From: a virus
Taxonomy: Duplodnaviria > Caudoviricetes
Length of the DNA: 57,486 nucleotides
IMG/VR virus record: IMGVR_UViG_3300027704_000029
Coordinates: 1 to 57,486 of that record
Strand: one strand, 5' to 3'
In this document: piece after piece, positions 8,653 through 18,212 of the stretch
Layout of the letters: every line of letters starts with the position of its first letter
How positions within the stretch are numbered: the first letter of the stretch is position 1
Notes under the pieces: generated by a model
What the model was told of the DNA's origin: nothing
The model's database searches: none
Seen by the model: only the letters and a program-made list of their open reading frames with translations
Made by a program: the position numbers and the translations under genes

Positions 8653-11600
8653 TGGTGAGCATAGCATTTACCAGACTTATTTTCAGTTTTGTTTTTACAT
8701 CTCGATCCTTTACCTTTCTGCTTTATACCAGAGCACTGAACTTCTCTTATACCTTTAGCTTTCTTTTCAGCAGCTTCTTTCTTCTTAGCTGCCTCTTTCT
8801 TATCCTTTTCTTTCTGTTTTCTTGCCTTAACTTTTATAGCCTCAACACTTTCTTTAGCTTCATTTCTAGCGTCATTTTCAACATCAACATCCCATCTGTT
8901 CCAACCTAACGCTAAGGCTATTCTCTGCCAAGCAGCATTGTCTGAATTTAAAGCCTCTCTAACGTTGTTTGTTTTATTAATAACTCTATCTAAAGGAATA
9001 TTTGTAGTAGCAGAAACAATGTTACCTATAACTTCCCACATAGGATTATCTAAGGTATTTTTAGGCATGTAATCTATAACTTCCCTGTTAAATTGTAAAG
9101 TAGAAAAACCAGACTTTAGCTTTCTAGCTTTAGATCCAATAGGTGGTGATAAGTTAAGGAATTCAAGTATAACCTTATCATAATCAGCGTTCCAACCTTT
9201 CTGATTTTCTTCAGCAAACTTAAGTATCATGTTCTTAAGAGTTGACACTACAGCTCCTCCAACCCCCATACCTCTTAGTAGAGAATCTAACATACCGTTA
9301 GCCATAGATATTTCTTTCTTTCTTTGTTTCTTCTTATCGTCTTCGTCGTCATCATCAAATGCAAATGCAAACATGGCTTTTTGTAAAGATGAAAATATCA
9401 TATTCTGAACAGCACCGTAGTAAATAATTTTACTAATGTTATGCTTCATATCACCCCTACCATTAGCTATATCCATTATAGCTTTCTTCATTAACCTAGT
9501 GTATTGCATAGGTGTATTTTGAAACGCTAGAACTAATCTACCCAATGGAGATGCTTGTTGTTGAGATATCATATCAGGTCTAGAAGACTGCTGAGTTTCC
9601 TCTGCTTTTTGCTGGAATTCCGTAAAGGCTTTTGACTTAGCCTCAACCTCAGACATACCTTTCTTCATTAAATCATTAACTCTGTTTCTGTAAAAAGTTG
9701 CACCACCAGAGGCTATAGCAAAGCTATCTGCTATCTGCGTAGGTAAGAAACCTAGTTTTAATAGTTTTTGAAAAACTGCTTTTGCTGGGTTTTTAGAGTT
9801 TGAAGCTGCTTCTGCTAGCTCAGCATGACTAACAGATGATCTTAAACCATCTCTTCTTTGCTTAAGCATGTCAGAGTTAAATATCATACTAAAATCTTTC
9901 CAGAACTGTGGTTGATTAGCAAACGCTTGAGCGGCTCTAAGTGGATTGTTAAAGTCCCAGTTTATAAAGTTGGCTGTAGAAAGTGTTTGAAGAACAGCAG
10001 ATCTAGCATTGAAAAACATTATAGCTCCAACAGAATTGTTTACCCAGTTAGCAAACCTATTAGTAAGAGCATTGTCACCAAAGTTTCTATTGGTACCATT
10101 CTCCATACGCCAAAGCATATCTTCTAGTGCATTTCTAAACTTAGCACCATATACAGCTTCTATCTTATTCATGTTAGGACCAACTAACTTTCCATTCTGC
10201 CATGTACCAAATATAGCTTCTCTGTTTTGTGTAAACTCTTGCAGCAAAGCTTTTCTACCCGGACCTTCAGTCATGTTGTTTAAGTCCGATGCTATAGTTT
10301 CTGTCATCCAATAGTCTCCAGGTTCTGGGTATCCATTTGTTACTTGCTCCAAAGCAGCAGCATAAGCAATCATCTCAGGGTTTTGTTCAACTGCTTTTAT
10401 TAAGTCAGCTGAATCTTTCTTTGATAACCCATCAACCTCTCTACCTGCTTTCACCCAATTGTAAACTCTTATAGCTGTATCATAAGTGAAGTCTCCAGTA
10501 GGAACGGTTTTGTCCAGCATTTTCTTCGTATTAGGAAATCTCTTATTAAGTGCGTTGTAATCATTAGACAACCTACTCTTAAGCTTATCCATTTCTTGAG
10601 TTGCCCTAGCAAAAGGATTCATAAGAGTATCTTTAAACCACTGTAGCTGTTGTTCACCTTTCTTTCCTTTGCCTAAGAATTTATATATTAAACCTTTGAA
10701 ATCCTCAGCGGAAGCAGGTATGAATATACCCCAGTTACCAACATTAGCTCCTCTCTTCTGTGCTTTAGCATCTGAGAAAGTAGCATTTCTATTTATACCT
10801 TGACTATCTTCTAGTATTTCGTTGAAAGTATCTGAAGCTTTGCTGTATAAAGTTTTTCTAGCTAACTGCACCTTAGACTTAACATCGAATTGATCTAGCA
10901 TGTTCTGCACGGCTTGTACATTCTGTAAAGCATCATCAGCAAAGTAGAAGTCATTATACCCGTCTCCAACCTTCTCAGCAATCCAAAGAGCTTTTGCTTC
11001 AGCTGTTGAATTACCAAGACCAGTGATGTTTTCCATAGGTATGTTTAACCCATGTTGGTTTAAAAATGAGTTTATAGCCGCTGCTGCAGCTGCTGGTCTA
11101 GCTGTTAGTACAAACATATTTTCAGGACCAAACTTACCTTGTAACTTCATGGCTTTGTTAAACAAAGGAGCTAATTGACCCTTGACAACTTCATTAAACT
11201 CTGAGAAATCCCACTCATAGCCTAGCTCCGTCAGGTTTTCAAACTGAGAAGCATATTGCTCTGCATTTAGTTTGCCCTTTGTACCATCTGGCTTAGTGTA
11301 CCTTATCATTGACTTTGTAGTAGCTAGTGTATCGTCGAAATCTAAAACAGTTATTCCTCTAGGTTCTCTAGCAAGTCTAGACTCTTTTACTGCTTTATCT
11401 ACTATACGGTTTTTTCTGTTCATTTCAAAGTCTGAATCAGACGCTTTTGAAAAGTACAACTTACTTCCACCAACCGCTTTAGTGTTGTTCTTTCTCATTA
11501 GCTTTTGTTGAGCTTGGTCAAAAACAAAGCTTGCTCCAACGGTTTGTCCAGTGGAAAGTTGCTTCATCTCAAGATCAAAACCTGGCATTTCTAAGTTGTA

Positions 11601-14600
11601 ATATCTAACAATACTAGGCGTCTTAGCATTAGCGTACACGGGTGTATCGCTTTTGTAATGCTTGTTAACCATGTTATCATACTTCATAGGAAGGTAAGCA
11701 ACTTTATAACCATCCATCATATCATTGAAGTTAGCATTATTCTCAGCTGAAGGATTTATTATTTGATTTAAAGCACTAAGATTTATTTGTAAAGCTGGTG
11801 TCATGTGCTCTAACCTAAATTCTCCCTTGTAGTCGGCATACGCTCCAGTGGGTATAAAGTCTAGAACAGCTGCCATTCTAGTTAAGCCCCTTGGGTTTGC
11901 ATTGTGAGCTTGTAGTATAGCGACAACATCACTTGCCGATATTTTTTTATTATCTTGATAAAGCTCTGTCAACACTTCGGTTAGTTCTTTAAGCTTCTGA
12001 TTAGCTTCTTGTTGCTCTGCAACTATATTTTTCATGTTCTTCTCACTAGGTATGCCTTCTCCCGTTTTAGGGCGTTCGTAGGCTCTTAGATCTCCTGAGT
12101 CATAATTGTTCTCAACATCAACATCAGCAGTACCAAGTAGAGCATCCATATCTGAAGTGCTTCCAAAAGAAAACCTATTTCTAAAGCTCTTCTTTTTTCC
12201 TTTTTTATCTAATATCGGAGCAAGCTTGTAAGTGCTAACGCTTCCATCTAAATAAACTCTTACACCGGTTCCAGTCTGTGTGTTGGCAGACAAACCGTCT
12301 CTGAAGAACTTCTTAATATCAGATTCTGACCAACCTTTCTCCCTTAGCCTAGCTGCAACATCCTTAGCTGCTAGACGAGCGCTTTGTTCTCCCTCAGGAG
12401 TTGTCAAGCCGTCAATATCCCCAACTATACTTTTATACCTAACAGTGTCTTCGCTCGCGTCATCTTTGAATTGCTCTATCACCATATCAGCCACACTCTT
12501 GCCATCAAAAACAAAATTAGTAGAAACAGATCCATCTCTAGTGTACATATCGTGTATCACTTGTAACCTTTTACCTATTTTATTTATGAACTGAGCGGTT
12601 GTTTGCCCTTTTACATCATAAACACCGTTCTCAATCTCTTCAGCAAACTTAACTCTTAAAGCGTTTGTAACATTACCATCTTTAACTGTTAGATTGTTAC
12701 CGCTTAAAGTATTTACTTTATCAAAGAATTGAATTTGATTAGATTTACCTATTTTATTTATGTCACCCGCTAAAGAATACATGGCATCGGACTTACCGTC
12801 ACCTAGTAATCTAATTCTAGCAGCAACTTCTTTGTCGCTACCGTTATTATTTGCATCTAACTCTTGCCTAACAGTTTGATTAGTTATCGTTTTACCAACC
12901 TCGTCCATCAACCCAGATATTAGAGTAGCTGGGTTTTGTCCTTTAACATTAGTTAGCTCGCCCTTTATAACTCCAAATGGCGCTGTAAATTGATCATCAG
13001 ACATTGTATTTTTTATCTGAGGAAATATACCAGCCCCACCTTCTTTAGGGTCATACTTAGCTCTAGTTTCAGATTTAGTATAAAAGTTTTTTATTATAAC
13101 TTGTTTAGTACCTGTTGCTGTTCCTGATGCTGTAATACCTAGAGGCAGAGAAGCTTTTAAAGCCGATGCTTGTTTAGCTATAAACATCCTAGCTCTAATG
13201 ACATCGTCATTCTTAAGTGTCTTAGTAGGTGATAAGTAATTTTCAACAGACTTTATACCAAATATCCCAGCAACCTCTGAGGCCACTAGGTTTTTAAGTG
13301 TCTTGTAGTTTAACTTAGCTATGTCAACAAAAACTCCAGGTTCTACTTCTATCGTAGTGCCTTTTATTTTAGATCTTATTTTCTTTTGTATTTTTAATAT
13401 AGTTTCTGGGGAAGCAATTCTTTTTAATAGAACAAAACCAGGAGTGCTTTCTGTTATTGGCCCAGACTCTTCTGCTGTTAGTTCAGCGGCTTTGTCTAAA
13501 CCAACTGTAGCACCTAAACCTCCTTCTTCTACCGTTGATTCAATACCTAGGTCAGACGCTAACTTGTTAGCTCTTAAATTTAATCTATTGCTAATAAATT
13601 TATCAATATTTTGTTTTGTTGGATCAAACTCTCTTTCTACCAATGTAGATGCTATAACTGTTAGCTCGTTTAAAAACTTAGCTCTAGTGTTACCAGCTCT
13701 TAAGTTATCAGGTATTGGGTCAAACAATCTTTTAGTTATAGTCTCTGTTATAGGCGCAATTTCTTGACCAAACTCTGATTTGAAAAAGTTATCCTCAGCA
13801 TATTCGCCTCTATTATTCTTTAGCTCCATCACGCTTCTACCGTCTTTAGTCCTCATTAGCGTTTCAGAGATCATTTTTCTTTTGTTACCATCATACTTGT
13901 TAAGCAAACCCTCAACATTACTTGGTTTTGATTTTAAAAGAGCTTTACCGTCTGTTGAGAATGGGTCTACTTCCATAGATGCCAGCATGTCTCTTTTAGT
14001 TTGTGGGTCTTTCTCCATTGCTAAGTCATAAACAGCACTGCTATCGATCTCCTTTTGCATATCCTTACCTATAATAGCTCCCTTGTTGTAAACGTCTTTT
14101 TGTGCTTGTGATAAGTTGCCATTTTCCACAGACTTGTTGTAATCTTTTATAAAATTAAAAACATCTTTACCGGTGTTAAACTTAACCGGAACGCCAGCTT
14201 TCTGAAGACCTCTTCTCATAATATCCCCTAGCTTAGTAAATGGTCCTTCTTCAAATTTCATATCCCCAGACACCATCGAATCAGACAAGATTGTCATTAT
14301 CTCTTGGAATTGAACCTCGTTACCTTGATCATTATATTGCGACATTCTATTTGTCAAAGTAGGAGAAACACCTACGCCGCTATTCACAACCCAATCAGCT
14401 AGCTGACCGCCTATGGCGATAGCTTTCTTTTTATCAATTTTTATATTGCCATCTTGATCTCTGACGACGTCTCCGTTAGCATCTTTTTGTGCAAATGTTG
14501 TCTGCATCATATCATGCAAAAACTCATGCGCAGCTACATTAACACCGTCACCAGTACCTTTAGAAGCTTCTTTATTTATTACAAGAGTTTTGTTACCATT

Positions 14601-17600
14601 TTTATCCGTAATATATGTTCCTAGGAAATCTCCCTTAGAAACGCCATCTCTATCTTCTTTGGAATAAAGAAAATCTCCATCAATATCATTCCCGTCTTTA
14701 TCTTTCTTTGTTTCTTTTTCGTTCAAGATCTTGAGCAACTGTTCCTTTGCGGTACCTTTTTTTGGATCGTCTTTAAGCTCAGCAACAGTTCTAGTTTTGC
14801 CATCAACATTTTTAGTACCATTAATCATCTTAGTAACATTAGCAACTGTCTTATCATAAACCTCACCTTGCTTTTGCTCAACTACAGACTCAGATATCTT
14901 AGCATCAATTTTTTCTATTTGCAAGTCAATTTCACCGTGAAAGCTTGGATCTTGTTTTTTCTTTAACTCCGTTAACCTCATCTTTTCAGCAAGGTCAGCT
15001 AGTTGTTCGTTTGTAACGTTTTCTGGAGCTATGTTTAAAGCTAACTTAACGTTGTTTACATAGTTTTTAGTCTTGATGATATTAGCTATCTCTCCCTCGT
15101 AAGCTGCTACAGCATCCGTGTCACCGTCTAGCTTAGCTTTTTCTAGTTTTACATTTAACTCAGAACCCATCATATTTATGGTCTTCATGTACTCACCAGT
15201 ATCTCCTTTTAACTGATTTATAACATTATTCTGAACTCCTTTAAAATCTGCCTTCGCACCAACAGCTCCCATACCACCAGACAACCACACGGTGTCATGT
15301 ATCAGTTTAAAGTGATTATTAATATCTGTTGACTCCATAGTATGAGCAAGTCCAAAAGTTGCCTTAGCGACATCCCCAAGCACCATCTCAGCCTCCTCTT
15401 CAATAACTTCCTTAACAACGTTTTCACCCCATCTCTTACCAGCAAACATTATACCCTCTCTTGTAGTAAACTGTTTTAGCGTACCAGCAAAACCTTCTTT
15501 CATAACTTTATCAATAACACCAGCTTTGAAAAACTCTGCATCTGGCATTATCATTTGAACCATACCTGTTATAGTACCTATAGTACCACCATAAAGAGAT
15601 GCTTGTAGTGGGTTTAACCCTAAAGCTTTACCCTCCAAAGTATTATCCATAGCCGTTAAGCGGAAACCAGTTTGAGCAGCTCTAATTTTGTTAGCAAAAT
15701 CTACATCTAAAAGTTTCTTACCAATAGTCTTAGTAAACATACCTGGTTTAAAAGCTTCTTTACCAGAAGATGCGGCTATTGCTAGCATAAAAGGTAGACC
15801 CTCGGCTATAGCTTGTGATCCTTTTGAAAAGAAACCTTGTTCACCTTCTTCATAGTCACCAGCCTGTGCTTTACCAAAGTGATCATAGTTGGTATATTTC
15901 TCATACATAGCATTTAAACCATCTAAACGGCTATATCTTTCATCACCACCACTTATAGCACCACCTGTTACGCCATCTAAAAGGTTTAAACCCCATAGGC
16001 TTGTTCCAGTATAGTATTTAGCGCCAGTATTTACTAAGCCTTGAGCGAGTGTTGAGTATGTATCTATGTCTAAAAAGCCTTTTGTTATCTTATTTTTCTT
16101 TCTCCACTCTTCGTATTCTTTTATACTACCGTAGTCACTACTGGTTTTCTTCATCATTCCATCCATCACCGTAAAACCATACTCACCCATTATCTCTTGG
16201 CGCTCGGTAGCAGCGGTCTCGTACTCTGACTCAAACCTTTTTAGGTTATTATTAAACTCCTCGCTAGTTAAGTTAAACTTATCACCGTCAGCTTGTAGTA
16301 TCTCTCCTTCTTTCTGTAGCTCTTCGTATTTCTTGAATGTTGCTCCAGATGATTTAACGAAGTTGTTATAAGTAGCAAGCTCTTTCTCGTAATCCTTTAT
16401 TTTACCGTTATATATATCAACTTCTTCTTGTGTTGTTGGTTCTGGTAAACCCTGTAGTTCTTCCTGCAAAGCTACTAGCGAATCTTCTTTTAATAGTTTC
16501 TCTCCCTCTATTTCTTCTAACTTCTGTATAACTGGGTTCATCTTGCCATTGAAAGCGGTAACTCTACCATCTAGCGCTTCTTGTTCTTTTACTATATCTT
16601 TCTTTCTCTTATTAACCAGTACTAGCTCGTCTTGATTTTTTCTATCATTCCTGTCAAGGTGCCTTGATTTTTGCTTAAGAAGCTTAAGTTTGATAGCATC
16701 TACGTGAGCTTCTTTTTTCTGTGAGTTCCATAAAGTGTTTTCCATACCTACGTCATCACCATTTGTTCTCATACCAGATAACTCCTGAATTTGTGGTGTC
16801 GTTAAACCATCTAGTAGCTTATACCAATCTTCTTCGGGTAACCACTTAAATTTATCGGTTATGTCCTCTACACTTCCGTCATTACTATAACCTTCCTTAA
16901 CATCCCTCATTAAATTAGCTATAGCAGCCGCATCAATCTCCTTTTGGGTATGCTTTTTATATTCATCTGAACCCCAATCTTGCTTCAGTTTTTTCTTAAA
17001 GTCCATCTCCTCACCAGATATTGTAGACACAACAGCATCGATAGGTGTAGCTAAAAGCGATAATGTTAATGCAGCAACACTAGGAGCTTCTTGAGCCTCA
17101 TTTTCTTGTATACCTTCACTGTCAGTTATACCTTGATATTCTTCTATATCTTTTAAGTTTCCAGCGCCAACACCTGTGTTATATTGATTTCTAACGCGAT
17201 CTAAACCATCTTTCCACTCTGGAGAACCTTCTTCTATACCTTCGCTTTTCATGAAACTAGCATGTTGGTCTAACTTACCCTTTAGTTCTTCATTGTACTT
17301 GTCAGCTTTTTTAGCAGTCTTAACACTAGTCTGATCAAACTCATTGTCTCGCTTGTCGTAAGTATAGTTAGCTAGTTCTGCTGTTTTTTCAATGTGAGCA
17401 TTAGACATAACCGGTAAAGCAGCTATATCTTTTTCTAAACTTAAAATCTTAGTGTCAGTGCCTTCAGTGGCTGTTGAGTTATTGTAAGTTGGTAAACTCA
17501 TTGCAACCTCGTCTACTTCAGCATTTGTAAGTGGTTCTTCACCCTCTAGAGAACTGTTCATCTCCCTACCTTTGTCAACCCACTTATGTAGATTAGTCAT

Positions 17601-18200
17601 CATCTTGTCATCACCCGTGTTGCTACCTGGGTTTATTTCATGCTTTCTTCCAAACTCATCTGTAACAACTATAGTATCGTTAGTACCCCATTCGTTTTTA
17701 ATCTCAAACTTTAGTTTGTCATTTTTGTAAGACTTCTCTAAGTTGGCTATAAAACCAGTTTCTTTATCACCAAAAACACTGACATCGGAAGTGTCATTCA
17801 ATTGATCGAGAGTTATATGTCCCACTCTCTCTTGCTCTTTCTCGTAACGTTTATCTGCCTCTTCAAGTGTTTCTGTTACTACTGGGGTATTTGTATTAGG
17901 CTTAACAGATGTGCTCTCAGCAACTGCTGTTGGTGGTTGGTCCACCAAGCTTTGCTCTTGCTCTTTCTCTTTAGTTTCTTTTTTCTCCACACCTTTAACT
18001 TCTTCGATAACCTTCTCCTCTTTTGGTATAACTTTAGGAGCTGGAGTTGGCTTCAAGTAACTAGCTATTCTCTTAGCTTGATCTTGAGCCTCAGCGTCTT
18101 TAGCTTTATTTTTTTTATAAGCATCTATAACGGCTGTGATTCTTTCGTGTGACTCACCAGCACTATGCATTTGCTTTATAACTTCTTGGATACTAGCCAT
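8649..18200 (-). CDS. Giant polyvalent virion/ejection protein (zincin HExxH, HAD phosphatase-like, C-terminal C3H zinc finger)
   Basis: AAHEFLH (14514-14528); ITVLDFDDT / LTAR / FADDA HAD motifs; long coiled coils; ends CSG..RCKN..GKCYAH; located after tail genes. Confidence 0.7.
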   Translation of the reverse strand: MASIQEVIKQMHSAGESHERITAVIDAYKKNKAKDAEAQDQAKRIASYLKPTPAPKVIPKEEKVIEEVKGVEKKETKEKEQEQSLVDQPPTAVAESTSVKPNTNTPVVTETLEEADKRYEKEQERVGHITLDQLNDTSDVSVFGDKETGFIANLEKSYKNDKLKFEIKNEWGTNDTIVVTDEFGRKHEINPGSNTGDDKMMTNLHKWVDKGREMNSSLEGEEPLTNAEVDEVAMSLPTYNNSTATEGTDTKILSLEKDIAALPVMSNAHIEKTAELANYTYDKRDNEFDQTSVKTAKKADKYNEELKGKLDQHASFMKSEGIEEGSPEWKDGLDRVRNQYNTGVGAGNLKDIEEYQGITDSEGIQENEAQEAPSVAALTLSLLATPIDAVVSTISGEEMDFKKKLKQDWGSDEYKKHTQKEIDAAAIANLMRDVKEGYSNDGSVEDITDKFKWLPEEDWYKLLDGLTTPQIQELSGMRTNGDDVGMENTLWNSQKKEAHVDAIKLKLLKQKSRHLDRNDRKNQDELVLVNKRKKDIVKEQEALDGRVTAFNGKMNPVIQKLEEIEGEKLLKEDSLVALQEELQGLPEPTTQEEVDIYNGKIKDYEKELATYNNFVKSSGATFKKYEELQKEGEILQADGDKFNLTSEEFNNNLKRFESEYETAATERQEIMGEYGFTVMDGMMKKTSSDYGSIKEYEEWRKKNKITKGFLDIDTYSTLAQGLVNTGAKYYTGTSLWGLNLLDGVTGGAISGGDERYSRLDGLNAMYEKYTNYDHFGKAQAGDYEEGEQGFFSKGSQAIAEGLPFMLAIAASSGKEAFKPGMFTKTIGKKLLDVDFANKIRAAQTGFRLTAMDNTLEGKALGLNPLQASLYGGTIGTITGMVQMIMPDAEFFKAGVIDKVMKEGFAGTLKQFTTREGIMFAGKRWGENVVKEVIEEEAEMVLGDVAKATFGLAHTMESTDINNHFKLIHDTVWLSGGMGAVGAKADFKGVQNNVINQLKGDTGEYMKTINMMGSELNVKLEKAKLDGDTDAVAAYEGEIANIIKTKNYVNNVKLALNIAPENVTNEQLADLAEKMRLTELKKKQDPSFHGEIDLQIEKIDAKISESVVEQKQGEVYDKTVANVTKMINGTKNVDGKTRTVAELKDDPKKGTAKEQLLKILNEKETKKDKDGNDIDGDFLYSKEDRDGVSKGDFLGTYITDKNGNKTLVINKEASKGTGDGVNVAAHEFLHDMMQTTFAQKDANGDVVRDQDGNIKIDKKKAIAIGGQLADWVVNSGVGVSPTLTNRMSQYNDQGNEVQFQEIMTILSDSMVSGDMKFEEGPFTKLGDIMRRGLQKAGVPVKFNTGKDVFNFIKDYNKSVENGNLSQAQKDVYNKGAIIGKDMQKEIDSSAVYDLAMEKDPQTKRDMLASMEVDPFSTDGKALLKSKPSNVEGLLNKYDGNKRKMISETLMRTKDGRSVMELKNNRGEYAEDNFFKSEFGQEIAPITETITKRLFDPIPDNLRAGNTRAKFLNELTVIASTLVEREFDPTKQNIDKFISNRLNLRANKLASDLGIESTVEEGGLGATVGLDKAAELTAEESGPITESTPGFVLLKRIASPETILKIQKKIRSKIKGTTIEVEPGVFVDIAKLNYKTLKNLVASEVAGIFGIKSVENYLSPTKTLKNDDVIRARMFIAKQASALKASLPLGITASGTATGTKQVIIKNFYTKSETRAKYDPKEGGAGIFPQIKNTMSDDQFTAPFGVIKGELTNVKGQNPATLISGLMDEVGKTITNQTVRQELDANNNGSDKEVAARIRLLGDGKSDAMYSLAGDINKIGKSNQIQFFDKVNTLSGNNLTVKDGNVTNALRVKFAEEIENGVYDVKGQTTAQFINKIGKRLQVIHDMYTRDGSVSTNFVFDGKSVADMVIEQFKDDASEDTVRYKSIVGDIDGLTTPEGEQSARLAAKDVAARLREKGWSESDIKKFFRDGLSANTQTGTGVRVYLDGSVSTYKLAPILDKKGKKKSFRNRFSFGSTSDMDALLGTADVDVENNYDSGDLRAYERPKTGEGIPSEKNMKNIVAEQQEANQKLKELTEVLTELYQDNKKISASDVVAILQAHNANPRGLTRMAAVLDFIPTGAYADYKGEFRLEHMTPALQINLSALNQIINPSAENNANFNDMMDGYKVAYLPMKYDNMVNKHYKSDTPVYANAKTPSIVRYYNLEMPGFDLEMKQLSTGQTVGASFVFDQAQQKLMRKNNTKAVGGSKLYFSKASDSDFEMNRKNRIVDKAVKESRLAREPRGITVLDFDDTLATTKSMIRYTKPDGTKGKLNAEQYASQFENLTELGYEWDFSEFNEVVKGQLAPLFNKAMKLQGKFGPENMFVLTARPAAAAAAINSFLNQHGLNIPMENITGLGNSTAEAKALWIAEKVGDGYNDFYFADDALQNVQAVQNMLDQFDVKSKVQLARKTLYSKASDTFNEILEDSQGINRNATFSDAKAQKRGANVGNWGIFIPASAEDFKGLIYKFLGKGKKGEQQLQWFKDTLMNPFARATQEMDKLKSRLSNDYNALNKRFPNTKKMLDKTVPTGDFTYDTAIRVYNWVKAGREVDGLSKKDSADLIKAVEQNPEMIAYAAALEQVTNGYPEPGDYWMTETIASDLNNMTEGPGRKALLQEFTQNREAIFGTWQNGKLVGPNMNKIEAVYGAKFRNALEDMLWRMENGTNRNFGDNALTNRFANWVNNSVGAIMFFNARSAVLQTLSTANFINWDFNNPLRAAQAFANQPQFWKDFSMIFNSDMLKQRRDGLRSSVSHAELAEAASNSKNPAKAVFQKLLKLGFLPTQIADSFAIASGGATFYRNRVNDLMKKGMSEVEAKSKAFTEFQQKAEETQQSSRPDMISQQQASPLGRLVLAFQNTPMQYTRLMKKAIMDIANGRGDMKHNISKIIYYGAVQNMIFSSLQKAMFAFAFDDDDEDDKKKQRKKEISMANGMLDSLLRGMGVGGAVVSTLKNMILKFAEENQKGWNADYDKVILEFLNLSPPIGSKARKLKSGFSTLQFNREVIDYMPKNTLDNPMWEVIGNIVSATTNIPLDRVINKTNNVREALNSDNAAWQRIALALGWNRWDVDVENDARNEAKESVEAIKVKARKQKEKDKKEAAKKKEAAEKKAKGIREVQCSGIKQKGKGSRCKNKTENKSGKCYAHQ

Positions 18201-18212
18201 ATTGTATTTTAT

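Noticed and set aside
11328-11342. DFDDT in the giant protein as a crAss-type virion RNA polymerase catalytic motif
   Set aside because: RNAP needs DxDxD (DFDID/DFDGD). DFDDT after a hydrophobic strand, with later LTAR and ADD motifs, fits a HAD domain.
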